A stretch of DNA of 63,579 nt, filler included, from Pirum gemmata (taxonomy: Eukaryota), in NCBI GenBank assembly GCA_002812295.1. It is 16 parts of 16 records of this genome, joined end to end, with 100 filler letters (N's around TTAATTAATTAA, not from the genome) between each part and the next. Parts side by side here need not be neighbours in the genome. Positions count along the whole stretch, not along the records: positions 59,683 to 63,579 come from PDIN01001792.1; 15 more parts are not named here. One strand, written 5' to 3'. The notes under the pieces were generated by a model. That model saw only the letters and a program-made list of their open reading frames with translations. It did not search any database and was not told the origin of the DNA. Below, piece after piece: positions 62,321 through 63,579 of this stretch; positions within the stretch are counted from its first letter, which is position 1, and each line of letters begins with the position of its first letter. The position numbers and the translations under genes were made by a program.

Positions 62321-63579
62321 GAAGCACATTGGCTTTTTTTTTTATTGCATGCATATAATATAATATTTATTGCACTAAATTAACTACTACATTCATTCTA
62401 ATAAATTCACTAAATCATCAATGAGTTTTGAAATGACAGATAACAAAACACATTTATTACAATATTGGCCTCTTTATATAGGTTTTAGTAGGATATTTCT
62501 GCAAATTAGCAGTCTTCTCTGTACCTAGTACTAGTAGATCAGAGGGAAAAAACATTTTTAAATTTTTAATTAAAACCATTGAACTAAAAAAATATACAAT
62601 GGGCTAGGGTTCAACCTTAACCCTAACCCTACTGAACCCTAGCTAGTATAGTGGCTAACCCTTTAACATATCTGTAACGATAACCCACTTCTCTTACAGG
62701 AAAAGCAGATAGAAAAAGGATTTTTAAATTTTTTTTTTAAATTTTTTTTAAAAAAATTTTTTTTTTAATTATATGCATTTATAATATATGCATTTATAAT
62801 ATTGTGATAAAAAAAAAAAACAAAAAAAACTATAATTCAGATTTTCTCTTTTTCTTTTTTTTAAGTAATAAAGTTTTAGCTTTATTTAGAAGAATTTGGT
62901 TTCTTTCCCCTTCCTCTTCATCGCCTTTAAAAACATCAGGATGATATTTTCGTGACAACTTTCGATACGCTGTTTTATAATAATAACGGTAATAGCCCGT
63001 TGGGTTTATATAGTTAGAATAATATAATAATAATAATAATTATACTGATTATAATAATAATATTTGGTTTTAGGGTTAAGGGTTACAATTAGTTAGAGTT
63101 AGAATTGTGTTGGGGTTGGGGTTGGGGTTGAGGGTTGCCGGACGTTGACGTTGAGAAGGTTGAGATTGAGGGTTGGGGTTGGGGTTGAGGATTGGGTCAA
63201 ATCGTTGAATAGCATTCAATAAACTGATTATATGTTTATAATAATCAACATAAAAATGAAAATAATAAAATAATAAGAAAGAATAAGAGTTGGTGCATTG
63301 GGTTAAGGTTAGGATAATAATAACAATTATAATAATCATATACTAATGATAACAATAATAAATATATAAATGAGAATAATAAAATAATAAGAATAAGAAT
63401 AAGAATTAGCGTATTGGGTTAGGGTTGGAATAATAATTATAATTATAATACTGAATAAACACAAAAATGAAAAAAATAAAACAATAATAAGAATAAGAGT
63501 TTCAATAATAATAATGATAAGGGCATTAGGTAGGTTAGAGTTAGAATTAGAGTTAGAGTTAGGGTTAGGTTCAGGGTTG

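Noticed and set aside
63525..63579. TTAGGG-like repeats at the window end as a real telomere
   Set aside because: Short, degenerate and indistinguishable from the many interstitial arrays.

Overview
Very AT-rich eukaryotic genomic DNA with GT-AG spliceosomal introns, poly-Asn/Gln coding tracts and TTAGGG-type repeats. A forkhead factor suggests an opisthokont microbe (inference only). The window is not contiguous: 16 scaffolds of about 3.8-3.9 kb are joined by an artificial 100-bp linker (N44-TTAATTAATTAA-N44), so gene neighbourhood across linkers is meaningless. Recognisable, mostly partial genes: MFS sugar transporter (5' exons), 7TM-RGS fusion, forkhead TF, divergent GATA zinc-finger protein, AMP-dependent acyl-CoA synthetase, an orphan 742-aa protein, an LHFPL/claudin-like tetraspan, an Aa_trans amino-acid transporter and a sterol 3-beta-glucosyltransferase. 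Mobile DNA includes at least three dispersed MITE families, an internally deleted Ty1/copia element with a tRNA-derived primer-binding site, and LINE RT and ORF1 relics. The most unusual signal: several non-genic scaffolds are saturated with short TA-bounded motifs (TAGCTA, TAGACTA/TAGTCTA, TATCATA/TATGATA, TATCGATA, TAGCCTA/TAGGCTA, TACAGTA/TACTGTA). Comparing repeat copies shows some are real insertions that duplicate a TA. There are also 20-40 bp CAAGGACTT...AGTCCTTG palindromes, two with perfect 7-bp target duplications. Together these read as a dense, nested record of DNA-transposon excision scars (Tc1/mariner-like and P-like) remodelling parts of the genome; the mechanism is inferred, not shown.
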